A stretch of DNA of 64,000 bases from Candidatus Entotheonellaceae bacterium. Lineage in GTDB: Bacteria > Tectomicrobia > Entotheonellia > Entotheonellales > Entotheonellaceae. The translations under genes were made by a program, and so were the position numbers. The notes beneath the pieces were generated by a model. The model saw only the letters and a list, made by a program, of their open reading frames with translations. It was not told the origin of the DNA and did not search any database. How positions within the stretch are numbered: position 1 is the first letter of the stretch; each line of letters begins with the position of its first letter. The stretch spans positions 256,001 to 320,000 of the forward strand of contig OZ250173.1 in NCBI GenBank assembly GCA_965238075.1. Direction: 5' to 3'. This document shows, piece after piece, positions 9,860 to 18,732 of the stretch.

Positions 9860-11203
9860 CTACCCTTCGTAGATGTTCTTCAATTCCTTCTCCGCCGAAG
9901 CGATGACGCTCTGGGTCGAATCGCCCCGGACCGCCTTGGCGAACAGGTCGACGATGATGTACTTGGCGAACGCCTCCGATGAGTGGCGGTTATACGGCCC
10001 GGCGTACCCGAGGTTGCGGCCGTATTGCGGCAACTCGCGGTAGATGGTGACGGCCGGGTCTTCCACCCACATGGGATGTTCCTGCCACTTCGGCAGCGGG
10101 CCGTTGATGTAGCCCTTGTTGACCAGCAGGAACTTCTCGAAATTGTCGTCCTGGTGAACGAAGCGGATGTAGTCGCGCGCTGCCTCCTTGTTCGACGAGT
10201 AGCGCGTGATGCAGTTGGAGAACGGTCCGACGCCGTGATAGCGTCCGTTCGGGCCCTTGGGAATCAGGAAGTGCCCCAACCGGTCGGCGAAGCCAGGGGC
10301 GACTTTGCGGGGATCGTTGCGGGCTACGAAATAGATGCTGGCGCCGTTCAGGGTGCAGGCGATGGTTTCGGCCAGGAAGGCGCGATTGTTGCTGGTGTCG
10401 TCCCAGGCCAGGCCGCCCTCGTCGCAGGCGGCGGACCAGAATTCCTTGAGGAAATCCACCGCGTTGGCCGTCTCCTTGCTGTTCAGAGCCACCCGCCCAT
10501 CTTCGTCCACTTCTTTGCCGCCGAAGCACCACAACAGGGTGTAGGCGAAGCCGGGTGCATCACCGAAGGTGTGGCCGAGGCTTTGGCCGACCGGCATGCC
10601 GAAGTGTTTCAGCTTTTTGCCGGCTTCCAGGTACTCGTCCCAGGTATCAGGCGGCTCGGCGATACCGACTTCCTCGAAAATGTCCTTGCGGTAGACGTTG
10701 GCACCGCCACCGAAGAAGTTAGGCACGCCGCGATGCACGCCGTTCTCATCACGCACAGCTTCGCGGATGAACTGGTATATCTCGTCGCCGCCGAGCTCGG
10801 TGATAAGGTCGTTGTGATCGTCAAGGCCCGCCGAGTAAAGCAGCGGGTAGTTGGAAAGGAGCTGCAGAATGTCGGGGCCGGTGCCGCCCTCGATGGCCGC
10901 CGTCGCCCTGGCCGGCAGGTCGTTGGCATTGATGTGCTCAATCGTCACCTTGACACCCGCCTGTTTGCCGAATTCCGCCGCCTGGCGGTCGCGCTCGACG
11001 TCAGCCGGGGCGACGAAACTGCTCCACTCCAGGACGTGCAGGGTTCGTTCCTGCCCAAAGGCCGGTGCCTGACCGGTCAGCCAGTTCGTGCCAGCGACGG
11101 CCGCCAAGGCCGCTCCCGCTTTACCCGTGTGCGCCAGGAAATCCCGCCGCCGCATCCGACCGGGGGCCGTTTCACCCCGTTGCTGCGCTGCTTCGTGTGC
11201 CAT
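9860..11203 (-). CDS. Extracellular solute-binding protein (sugar-type) with Tat signal
   Basis: RRRDFLA twin-arginine motif; YRKDIF, PDTWDEY, WDDTSNNRAF. Confidence 0.9.
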   Translation of the reverse strand: MAHEAAQQRGETAPGRMRRRDFLAHTGKAGAALAAVAGTNWLTGQAPAFGQERTLHVLEWSSFVAPADVERDRQAAEFGKQAGVKVTIEHINANDLPARATAAIEGGTGPDILQLLSNYPLLYSAGLDDHNDLITELGGDEIYQFIREAVRDENGVHRGVPNFFGGGANVYRKDIFEEVGIAEPPDTWDEYLEAGKKLKHFGMPVGQSLGHTFGDAPGFAYTLLWCFGGKEVDEDGRVALNSKETANAVDFLKEFWSAACDEGGLAWDDTSNNRAFLAETIACTLNGASIYFVARNDPRKVAPGFADRLGHFLIPKGPNGRYHGVGPFSNCITRYSSNKEAARDYIRFVHQDDNFEKFLLVNKGYINGPLPKWQEHPMWVEDPAVTIYRELPQYGRNLGYAGPYNRHSSEAFAKYIIVDLFAKAVRGDSTQSVIASAEKELKNIYEG

Positions 11204-11350
11204 GACTCGCCTCCATAAGACGCTCTCGCGCCTGACCTGTCGTGCCCGCCCAGTTGCCTTTGGTGAGTGCTTTAGTATCGCGTTTTCTCTTGCGCTGTCA
11301 AGTCGCTACGCAGTTCCGCAGGTGGCTGGCGGTGAGCAAAAGGGGAGGAA

Positions 11351-12865
11351 TTAAAGGGAGCGGAGAAACTGGAGTATGGCTTCGCGGTCGGCACTCGGCA
11401 GGCGGCGGAAATACGCCTTGGAGTCCTCGGCCTCGCCGCCGTGCCAGAGGATGGCCTCGGCCAGATTGCGGGCGCGACCATCGTGCAGGAAGTAGGTGTG
11501 GCGGTTGACCGTCTGCACGAGCCCGATGCCCCACAGGGGCGGCGTGCGCCATTCGGAGCCCGTGGCTTCGAAATCCGGCCGGCCGTCGGCCAGGGCGGCG
11601 CCCATGTCGTGCAGCAGCAGGTCGGTGTAGGGGTGGATCACTTGCCGCGACAGGTCCGGCAGGCCGGGCACCGCGTCGGTGTGTAAGGTGGATGTGTGAC
11701 AGGCGCTGCACCGCGCCGCGTCGAACAGTTGCCTGCCGCGCCCCACCTCCGGGTTGTGCGGGTCGCGGCGGGCCGGCACCGCCAGGGTACGGTTGTAGAA
11801 GATTACGTGTCCAAGCAGGTCGGCGGACAATTCGGGGCTGCCGCCGTTCAGTGCTTGCCGGCATGCCAGCGCGTTGGGGGGGCAGTTGTCATCGGGGAAA
11901 AAGGACGATGTAATGCCGATGTCACCGAGGAATGCGCCAGCCGCCTGCTGGGCCACGTTGGGCTGATTGGCCTTCCAGCCAAATCGGCCAAGCACCGTCT
12001 GCTGTCGGGCTTTGTCCCAGACCCGATTGGGTCGCCCGGAAATACCGTCGCCATCGGCGTCGTCAGGATCGGCCAGCGCTAGCAGCGCCTCCGCGGGCAC
12101 CGCTTCCAGCAACCCGAGTCCGACGATGGCAGGGGCGACTCGGGGCGACAGCAGGGTGTCCGGGTGCATGGGGCCGTACTTCAGATCGGTGAAAGTGTAC
12201 GTCGGTCTCCTCAGACTGTAGGATTCGCCGTCGCCATACGTGCCGGCATATTCTTCATAAGTTATCACCGCCCTACCCTCGGGCGGCACGCCGTGCACGG
12301 CCAGGCCATTCAACTGGTCGCCGTAGGTCGGTTCGGGCACAACCCCCTGCTGCACGTCGCGGCCCGGAATGCTGAGCCGTACGAGCATCGACAGCATGTC
12401 TTTGCCGGGCTCCGGCGGCTGGCCGCGCCCGTCGTGCAAGTGGCAGGCAGAGCACGAACGGGCGTTGAACAAGGGTCCGAGGCCGTCGCGCGCCGTGGTG
12501 GACGACGGCGCGCTGACCCAATTGCGGTTGAAGAAGGAATTGCCGACGAAGAATTGCGTTTCCTGGTCCGGGGTCAAGTGGGGAAGCGGCTGGCCAAACG
12601 CCTGCCGCGTGGTGGCGAACACGGTCGCCGCGCCGCCGGACAGTGCCTCCGATGCTCCTTGAGCAGAGACTCCGCCCATCAGGACGACCATGGCGAGAAG
12701 GCACCACACGGCAATGAAATGACCTCCCCAAACCGTCGCTCCCGTGAAAGCGGGAGTCCACGTTTGTCGAGGGGCAAGAGCCTGGCCCGGACTCGATCCT
12801 GGAGCCCTGGATTCCGGGTCACGCCCGGAATGCCGCTCGGGGGTTGCCGGACAAGCCATTTTCAT
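11351..12865 (-). CDS. Di-heme oxidoreductase (DHOR) family cytochrome c; start uncertain
   Basis: Two CSACH heme motifs; GLGPLFN, GRFGWKA, TDLLLHDMG, WRTPPLWG, HDGRAR; downstream of imelysin. Confidence 0.9.
   Translation of the reverse strand: MKMACPATPERHSGRDPESRAPGSSPGQALAPRQTWTPAFTGATVWGGHFIAVWCLLAMVVLMGGVSAQGASEALSGGAATVFATTRQAFGQPLPHLTPDQETQFFVGNSFFNRNWVSAPSSTTARDGLGPLFNARSCSACHLHDGRGQPPEPGKDMLSMLVRLSIPGRDVQQGVVPEPTYGDQLNGLAVHGVPPEGRAVITYEEYAGTYGDGESYSLRRPTYTFTDLKYGPMHPDTLLSPRVAPAIVGLGLLEAVPAEALLALADPDDADGDGISGRPNRVWDKARQQTVLGRFGWKANQPNVAQQAAGAFLGDIGITSSFFPDDNCPPNALACRQALNGGSPELSADLLGHVIFYNRTLAVPARRDPHNPEVGRGRQLFDAARCSACHTSTLHTDAVPGLPDLSRQVIHPYTDLLLHDMGAALADGRPDFEATGSEWRTPPLWGIGLVQTVNRHTYFLHDGRARNLAEAILWHGGEAEDSKAYFRRLPSADREAILQFLRSL
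12734..12835. repeat. CGTC-type REP-like composite palindromic element (102 bp)
   Basis: CGTCGCTCCCGTGAAAGCGGGAGTCCA ... AGCCTGGCCCGGACTCGATCC ... TGGATTCCGGGTCACGCCCGGAATGCCG: two inverted hairpin units around a core. Confidence 0.75.
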
Positions 12866-12878
12866 AAGGAAGTTCCCG

Positions 12879-14027
12879 TCAGTCGAGCAACACAACCTGC
12901 AGGTTCGCAATGCCGAGAGCGGCGGCGGCGTTGACGATCGCTTCAGCCTGAGCCCGCAGGGCGTGGATCGCCGCCTGCACCCGTTGACGGCCTATCGGCG
13001 TCACGATCTCGCGGTCGAACGGCGGCTGGATGGCGTGCACCGCAGCCGTGGCGTTGCGCATCTGGCGGTGCAGTTCGGCTTTGCGGCCGTCTTGCAGCAG
13101 CGCCAGGATGCCCGGCCCGCTTAGCACCGTGCCGTTGCTGCGCACGTAACGGCCCTTGATGACGTTCTGAATGCCCTGGGCGTTGCGGACGATATCGACG
13201 TGGGTATTGTCGCTGAAGCAGGAATGCTCGTCTTCCTGATCATGCGATTCCAGGGCCACCGCCATGCGCTCGCCGGCCAGCTCGCTGCGGCTCAAGGTGC
13301 CGATGCCGACCAGAATCTGGCGCAAGGCTTCATTCGGCCCCTGGGCCAGAAATGTCGCGCGGTAATTGCCGTTTTGACGCGGCGCCCATTCTTCAACCAG
13401 AGTCTGCAGATCATCGACCAATTGTGACGCCGCGGTATGCAGGAACTGCACGCGCCGCGGCGCTTCCACATAGTCGGAAACTGGACGGGCGCCGGGTCCA
13501 TCGGCGCTCAGGTCCTGCCCCCACAGCAGAAATTCGATGGCGTGGTAGCCGAGGCTGATGTTTTCTTCACCGCCCTGCTCGTTGAGCGCGAGAAGGTGTT
13601 CCTGCGTAATCGGCGCGTCAGGATCATTGATGATGCCGGCGCACGGGTTGCCCTGCACGTAGTCGACGTAGCTCTCGTCCATCGGCCAGGCGTTAAGCTG
13701 GCCCTCCGGCCCGTCAGCGTCGTCGATGGGCCCGCCGTAGAATCTGAACGCTTCGGTCTGGCCGTACGGGATGCGCGCCCGCTTCCAGGCGTTCTTGGCG
13801 GCTTCCAGTGAGGCGGCACTCGGCCGGTCGGTCAACGTTTGCAAGGCGCTCTGCAAGGCGACCGCCCGCCGATAAGAATCCTCGTAGCCAGCGTGCACGA
13901 TGTCGGCATAATGCGCCACCACCTGCTGCACGGTGGCGAGGTCGGCGCCTTCCACCGGCGGACTGGGCGCCAGCCCGGCCAGCAAGAACAGCAAGCAAGA
14001 AACGGAAGCCAGGGAACGTGTTGGCAT
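12879..14027 (-). CDS. Imelysin-family iron-regulated protein
   Basis: Signal peptide; TEAFRFYGGPIDD, LNAWP, GYHAIEFLLWGQD, EDEHSCFSDNT. Confidence 0.92.
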   Translation of the reverse strand: MPTRSLASVSCLLFLLAGLAPSPPVEGADLATVQQVVAHYADIVHAGYEDSYRRAVALQSALQTLTDRPSAASLEAAKNAWKRARIPYGQTEAFRFYGGPIDDADGPEGQLNAWPMDESYVDYVQGNPCAGIINDPDAPITQEHLLALNEQGGEENISLGYHAIEFLLWGQDLSADGPGARPVSDYVEAPRRVQFLHTAASQLVDDLQTLVEEWAPRQNGNYRATFLAQGPNEALRQILVGIGTLSRSELAGERMAVALESHDQEDEHSCFSDNTHVDIVRNAQGIQNVIKGRYVRSNGTVLSGPGILALLQDGRKAELHRQMRNATAAVHAIQPPFDREIVTPIGRQRVQAAIHALRAQAEAIVNAAAALGIANLQVVLLD

Positions 14028-14074
14028 GGTTAGGTTCTCCTGCGGACCGGATTGGGGCGGCGGGTTGCGTTTCC

Positions 14075-14093
14075 AATAATGATAGTCACTCTC
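14075..14093. promoter_or_regulatory. Fur box overlapping the imelysin promoter
   Basis: AATAATGATAGTCACTCTC matches 15/19 of GATAATGATAATCATTATC; overlaps minus-strand TTGACT-N16-TATCAT. Confidence 0.75.
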
Positions 14094-14224
14094 AATTTCA
14101 AGTCAACAGCGAACGCCATTGCGGTTGTCCCTGCCCTTCCGGCGCCGGATCAAAACGCAGGCGTAGTATGCGGTATACTGTGGCCCTTCAACCGTTCGTT
14201 CCTTCCATCTAGGAGAGCTGACCC

Positions 14225-14956
14225 ATGGCGAAGATGACCACGCAGAAAATGCTGACCGAACTGAGCAAGATCGATACGCCGTCAATCACCAATGTGGTGG
14301 CGACCTACCCGAAAAACGACCTCTGTCTCGGCCTCTACAACCCGTGGACCGAGAACTGGTACACCGACGATTCCATCCGCTGCATGTATCCTGAGCTCGG
14401 CGCCAAGGTGGGCTACGCGGTCACCTGTATTTACGGCATGCCCGATCCCAATTTCTCCCGCCTGTCGTTCCTCGACGTTATCGACGCCCTGGACGCCTCC
14501 CCGCAGCCGACCGTTCTCGTTCTGCAGCAGAAGTACCCGCCCGAGATCGCCGGCAAGGTAGGTCTGGCGGGCGAGATCATGGTCACGGCGATGCAGTCGG
14601 TCGGCTGTGTGGGCATGCTTTCCAACGGCCCGTCGCGCGACATTGATGCCATCCGCGCCATGAAGTTCCAGTACCTGCTTAGCGGCGCCTCGGCGGGCCA
14701 TGGCGACATGGCGGTGCATGCGGTCAACGTGCCGGTGAACATCGGCGGCATGGACGTATCGCCGGGCGAAATGGTGCACATGGACGAAAACGGCGCCTGC
14801 AAGTTTCCTGCCGATAAAATTGAGCCGGTGCTGAAGAACGTCAAGGCACTGCTCAAGGACGAGGACGTGCGCATCACGGCGCTGCGCAAAGCCAAAAATG
14901 CGGCGCAGGTCAAAGCCGCGTTTGCCGGGCATTCGTACAGCGAAGAAGACGAGTAG
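14225..14956 (+). CDS. RraA/HMG-aldolase-like family protein
   Basis: DTPSITN, VGYAVT, GEIM, NGPSRDID, GEMVHMDENG. Confidence 0.85.
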   Translation: MAKMTTQKMLTELSKIDTPSITNVVATYPKNDLCLGLYNPWTENWYTDDSIRCMYPELGAKVGYAVTCIYGMPDPNFSRLSFLDVIDALDASPQPTVLVLQQKYPPEIAGKVGLAGEIMVTAMQSVGCVGMLSNGPSRDIDAIRAMKFQYLLSGASAGHGDMAVHAVNVPVNIGGMDVSPGEMVHMDENGACKFPADKIEPVLKNVKALLKDEDVRITALRKAKNAAQVKAAFAGHSYSEEDE

Positions 14957-14982
14957 GCCGGCGCACAGCAGAGGACTCGCAC

Positions 14983-16056
14983 ATGACGGAGCAACACGGC
15001 CTGCGCATCGGCGTGCTCGGCACCGGCTGGGGCACGCGCATCTCGGTGCCGGCCCTGCGCGCCGAGGGCTGGCACGTCGCGGCGCTGTGGAGCCGCAACG
15101 CCGAGCGCGCCTCGAACCAGGCCGCCGAACTGGGCATCCCGTTCGCCACCAACGACGCCTCGGCGCTGATCAATCGCCCTGACATCGACGCCGTGACGAT
15201 CGTCACGCCAACGCCGACGCACCACGACATCTGTCTGGAAGCGTTAGCAGCCGGCAAGCACGTGCTGTGCGAAAAACCCATGGCCATGCGCGCCGACCAA
15301 GCCGAGGCGATGGTGACGGCGGCCGAATCCGCCGGCGTCACGGCGATGATCAACTTTGAATTTCGATTCACGCCGCAGCGCCTGCACATGCAACGGCTCC
15401 TGGCGGATGGCTACGTAGGCCGCCTGCGCCACGGCACGGTGGAGCTGTACTGGGCGCCGCCGCTGGCTGAGCGGGAGTTGAATTGGCGCAGTCAGGCGTC
15501 CATGGGCGGCGGCGTGCTGAACGAGCACGGCTCCCACTACATCGACGGCCTGCACCAGTGGCTGGGGGACATCAGCAGCGTCAGCGCGCGCACCGAGACG
15601 TTCGTGCCGCAGCGCCGCGGCCCCACCTCGGGCGGGCCGGTGCAGGCTGACGCCGACGACTTTTTCACTGCCACGTTCGGCATGGCGCAGGGCGGCGTGG
15701 TGGTGCTGACGCAATCGTGGGCGGCGGCCTTCGGGCAGGGCATGCGCGCCACCCTGGCGGGCTCCGGCGGCATGCTGGTGACGGCGTGTCGGGAAACGAT
15801 GATGTTTGACGGCGAGGTGTGCGGCGTGCCCGCCGGCAGCGACGATCTACAACCGCTCCAGCGTCCGGCGGACATTGCGCCGTTGGACGAACCCGACTGG
15901 CGTATCGGCTCCTCGCGGCGTTTACTGCGCGAGTTTCAGCGCGGCATTCGCGAAGGCTGCTCACCGACCCCGAACTTCGCGGATGGCCTGCGCTGCCAGC
16001 GGGTGATCGACGCCATTCGCGAGTCGGCGCGCAGCGGGCGAACAGTCACGCTGTAG
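14983..16056 (+). CDS. Gfo/Idh/MocA family oxidoreductase
   Basis: GVLGTGWG, GKHVLCEKP, GGGVLNEHGSHYID. Confidence 0.92.
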   Translation: MTEQHGLRIGVLGTGWGTRISVPALRAEGWHVAALWSRNAERASNQAAELGIPFATNDASALINRPDIDAVTIVTPTPTHHDICLEALAAGKHVLCEKPMAMRADQAEAMVTAAESAGVTAMINFEFRFTPQRLHMQRLLADGYVGRLRHGTVELYWAPPLAERELNWRSQASMGGGVLNEHGSHYIDGLHQWLGDISSVSARTETFVPQRRGPTSGGPVQADADDFFTATFGMAQGGVVVLTQSWAAAFGQGMRATLAGSGGMLVTACRETMMFDGEVCGVPAGSDDLQPLQRPADIAPLDEPDWRIGSSRRLLREFQRGIREGCSPTPNFADGLRCQRVIDAIRESARSGRTVTL

Positions 16057-16061
16057 GGGGA

Positions 16062-16454
16062 TCAGCTGCCGTCGCGAACGTCCTTGAACACCTTGCTCGC
16101 CGTCAGCAGCGATTCGCGGACCAACGGCAGGCCGACGTAGCCGGACATGTGGATCAGCACCTCGACCAGTTCGTCTTCGCTCCAGCCCTGGCGCAGCGCC
16201 ATGCGCAGGTGCAGCGCCAATTCCGGGTCGCGTCCGGTGGCGACGTCCGACACCACACACACCAGGGCGCGGGTTTTCAGGTCCAGCCCCGGGCGGGTCC
16301 ACAGGGCGCCGAAAACGGTCTCGGCGGCGAGGTCGCGGAATTTCTGCATGATCGGGTCGCTGTAGGTGGTGCTGTTCATGCTGGCCGCGAACGCCTCGCC
16401 CATCAACTCGCTGCGCAGCGCGATGCCCTTGCGGTACAGTTCACTCTCGGCCAT
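16062..16454 (-). CDS. Carboxymuconolactone decarboxylase family protein
   Basis: FGALWTRPGLDLKTRAL, LHLRMAL, YVGLP. Confidence 0.9.
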   Translation of the reverse strand: MAESELYRKGIALRSELMGEAFAASMNSTTYSDPIMQKFRDLAAETVFGALWTRPGLDLKTRALVCVVSDVATGRDPELALHLRMALRQGWSEDELVEVLIHMSGYVGLPLVRESLLTASKVFKDVRDGS

Positions 16455-16566
16455 GGTGTCTTTCCTTTGTCAAACCGACTGTTCAGGGTCGTGCGGCCAT
16501 TCCCTCCCCTGCTCCGGCGAGGGCGCCGCAGGTGGCGCGTAGGATAGCACAGCGGCCCGCCGGCGG

Positions 16567-16595
16567 TTGACCCACCGCTGCTTCTCCTCTATCTT
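16567..16595 (+). promoter_or_regulatory. Putative sigma70 promoter for the LLM gene
   Basis: TTGACC-N17-TATCTT. Confidence 0.5.
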
Positions 16596-16697
16596 GACGG
16601 CGTTCCGCCCCCCGATGCCCTGCACGGCCTCCGGGACCCGCCGGTTCGCCCGCGCTGGCGCCGTGACGACCCAACCACCGCAAGGAGCAGGCAAGGC

Positions 16698-17564
16698 ATG
16701 AAATACGGCGTGGTATTTCCGCAAACGGAGTACGGCAACGATCCGCAGGCCATCAAGGATTACGCCCAGACTGCCGAGGGACTGGGGTACGACTATCTAC
16801 TCGTCTACGACCACGTGCTCGGCGCCCATCCGGACCGCCAGCCCCGGCTTACCGGCCCTTATACCGACGCCCACCCCTTCCACGAACCCATGGTGCTCTT
16901 CGGCTTCCTCGCCGCCGTCACCACCAAGCTGGAACTCGTCACCGGCATTCTCATCCTGCCGCAGCGCCAGACCGCGCTGGTAGCCAAGCAGACGGCGGCC
17001 GTTGACGTGCTGAGCGGCGGACGGCTGCGGCTTGGCATCGGCATCGGCTGGAACTACGTGGAGTACGACGCCCTCGGCAAAAACTTCCGCACCCGCGGGC
17101 GGCAGGTCGAGGAGCAGATCGAGGTGCTGCGCAAGCTGTGGACGCAGCCGCTGGTGACACACCAGACCGACGATCACAACATCGACAACGCTGGCATCCT
17201 TCCCCTGCCCGTCCAACGGCCCATCCCGATCTGGTTTGGCGGCGTTGCCGAGCCGGTTCTGAAACGCGCCGCGCGTCTCGGCGACGGCTGGATGCCGGCC
17301 GGGCGTCTGCCGGATGACGAGATGCGCGGGCACGTTGAGCGTCTGAAGGGTTACCTGAGCGACGCCGGCCGCGACCCGCAGAGCTTCGGCATCGACCCCT
17401 GGATCAGCATCCTGGACCTCAGCCAAGACGTGTGGCGCCAGCGCGTTGAGGCATGGCGGGGTCTCGGCGCCACCCACGTGGCCATCGACACCATGCGTGC
17501 CGGTTTCAAGACGCCGCAGGAACACATGGACGCCATTCGCGCCTTCCGCAACGTCCTTGACTAA
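16698..17564 (+). CDS. LLM-class (probably F420-dependent) oxidoreductase
   Basis: YDHV, ILILPQRQT, DVLSGGRLRLGIGIGW, PIPIWFGG, GDGW. Confidence 0.9.
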   Translation: MKYGVVFPQTEYGNDPQAIKDYAQTAEGLGYDYLLVYDHVLGAHPDRQPRLTGPYTDAHPFHEPMVLFGFLAAVTTKLELVTGILILPQRQTALVAKQTAAVDVLSGGRLRLGIGIGWNYVEYDALGKNFRTRGRQVEEQIEVLRKLWTQPLVTHQTDDHNIDNAGILPLPVQRPIPIWFGGVAEPVLKRAARLGDGWMPAGRLPDDEMRGHVERLKGYLSDAGRDPQSFGIDPWISILDLSQDVWRQRVEAWRGLGATHVAIDTMRAGFKTPQEHMDAIRAFRNVLD

Positions 17565-17612
17565 ACGCTGCGTGCCAGGCACCGGCGCAACCGATAGCAG
17601 GGAGCTTCCGCC

Positions 17613-18116
17613 ATGACGCGCAGAAACATCATCGCCGTGGTTCTCGTCGTGATCTCGCTCGTGGCCGTCGTGCCGGGCCTCATCCAGCCGATCATCACCC
17701 TCAGCGCCAACATGATGGGCCGCCAGGTGTTCGCGGAAACCCGCAGCATCCTGCAAACCGCGAAGGACCTGCATGAGTCCGGCAACGACTTGGTTGCCGG
17801 GATGATCCTCTTATTCAGCGTCCTGGTGCCCTTCATCAAAGCCGTGCTGTTGGCCGTGGTGGGAATGCTCAAGCCGACCGTGCCGCTGCGCTACCGCATC
17901 TTCGCCTTCGTACGCGGTATCAGCAAGTGGGCCATGGCCGACGTGTTCGTGGTGGGCGTCTACATCGCCTATCTGTCGGCCAAGGCCACCGACGCGCTCG
18001 ACGCCGAGTTGCACGAAGGTTTTTACTACTTCACCGCCTACTGTCTGATCTCGCTGCTTTCCGTGCAGATCATGCGTGTCGAGCAACCGCAGGAACCGCA
18101 GGCCGGCGGCGCCTGA
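17613..18116 (+). CDS. Paraquat-inducible protein A (PqiA) domain protein, single domain
   Basis: LFSVLVPFIK, KWAMADVFVV, GFYYFTAYC. Confidence 0.85.
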   Translation: MTRRNIIAVVLVVISLVAVVPGLIQPIITLSANMMGRQVFAETRSILQTAKDLHESGNDLVAGMILLFSVLVPFIKAVLLAVVGMLKPTVPLRYRIFAFVRGISKWAMADVFVVGVYIAYLSAKATDALDAELHEGFYYFTAYCLISLLSVQIMRVEQPQEPQAGGA

Positions 18117-18142
18117 GCTTTTTTTGATGAGAGGAGACCATC

Positions 18143-18673
18143 ATGTCTTCGGCAGACGGAATACTGGCCGCCCTGGAGTGGAACTGGCGTATGGTGGATG
18201 CCACCCTGGCGGATCTCGATGACGCGGCACTGGCGCGCCAGCCGCAGCCGCAGTGCAACTCCATCGCCTGGACCCTGTGGCACATGAACCGGGTGGTCGA
18301 TTCGTTCGTCCATGAGCGGGTTGGCTCCGAGACGCCGCTGTGGCGGCGCGACGGCTGGTGCGAGAAGTACGGCATGAGCAACGAGCCGGAGGAACGCGGC
18401 GCCGGCTGGAGCGCCGACAAGGTTGCCGCTTGGGTGCCGCCGGGCAGAGACATCCAGGTGGGGTATTACGAGGCGGCGAAGGAAGCGGCGCGTGCCCGCA
18501 TTTCCGGGCTCAGCGAGGCCGAGCTGGCAGTCCGCCGCGTCATCCCGCCGATGCCCGAGCCGCGCAGCGTCGCCCAGGCCCTGGGGCAGATAACGTGGGA
18601 CAACATTTCCCACGGCGGGCAGATTTCCTACATCCGCGGCCTGTTCGACGGCATGGGCTGGTATCCGCGGTAA
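18143..18673 (+). CDS. DinB family protein
   Basis: NSIAWTLWHMNRVVD, HGGQISY. Confidence 0.88.
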   Translation: MSSADGILAALEWNWRMVDATLADLDDAALARQPQPQCNSIAWTLWHMNRVVDSFVHERVGSETPLWRRDGWCEKYGMSNEPEERGAGWSADKVAAWVPPGRDIQVGYYEAAKEAARARISGLSEAELAVRRVIPPMPEPRSVAQALGQITWDNISHGGQISYIRGLFDGMGWYPR

Positions 18674-18732
18674 GGCCGAACGACCGTAACGTGCGCCGGG
18701 CACCGGCGCCGCACGAAGAAAGGAAATCCGCC

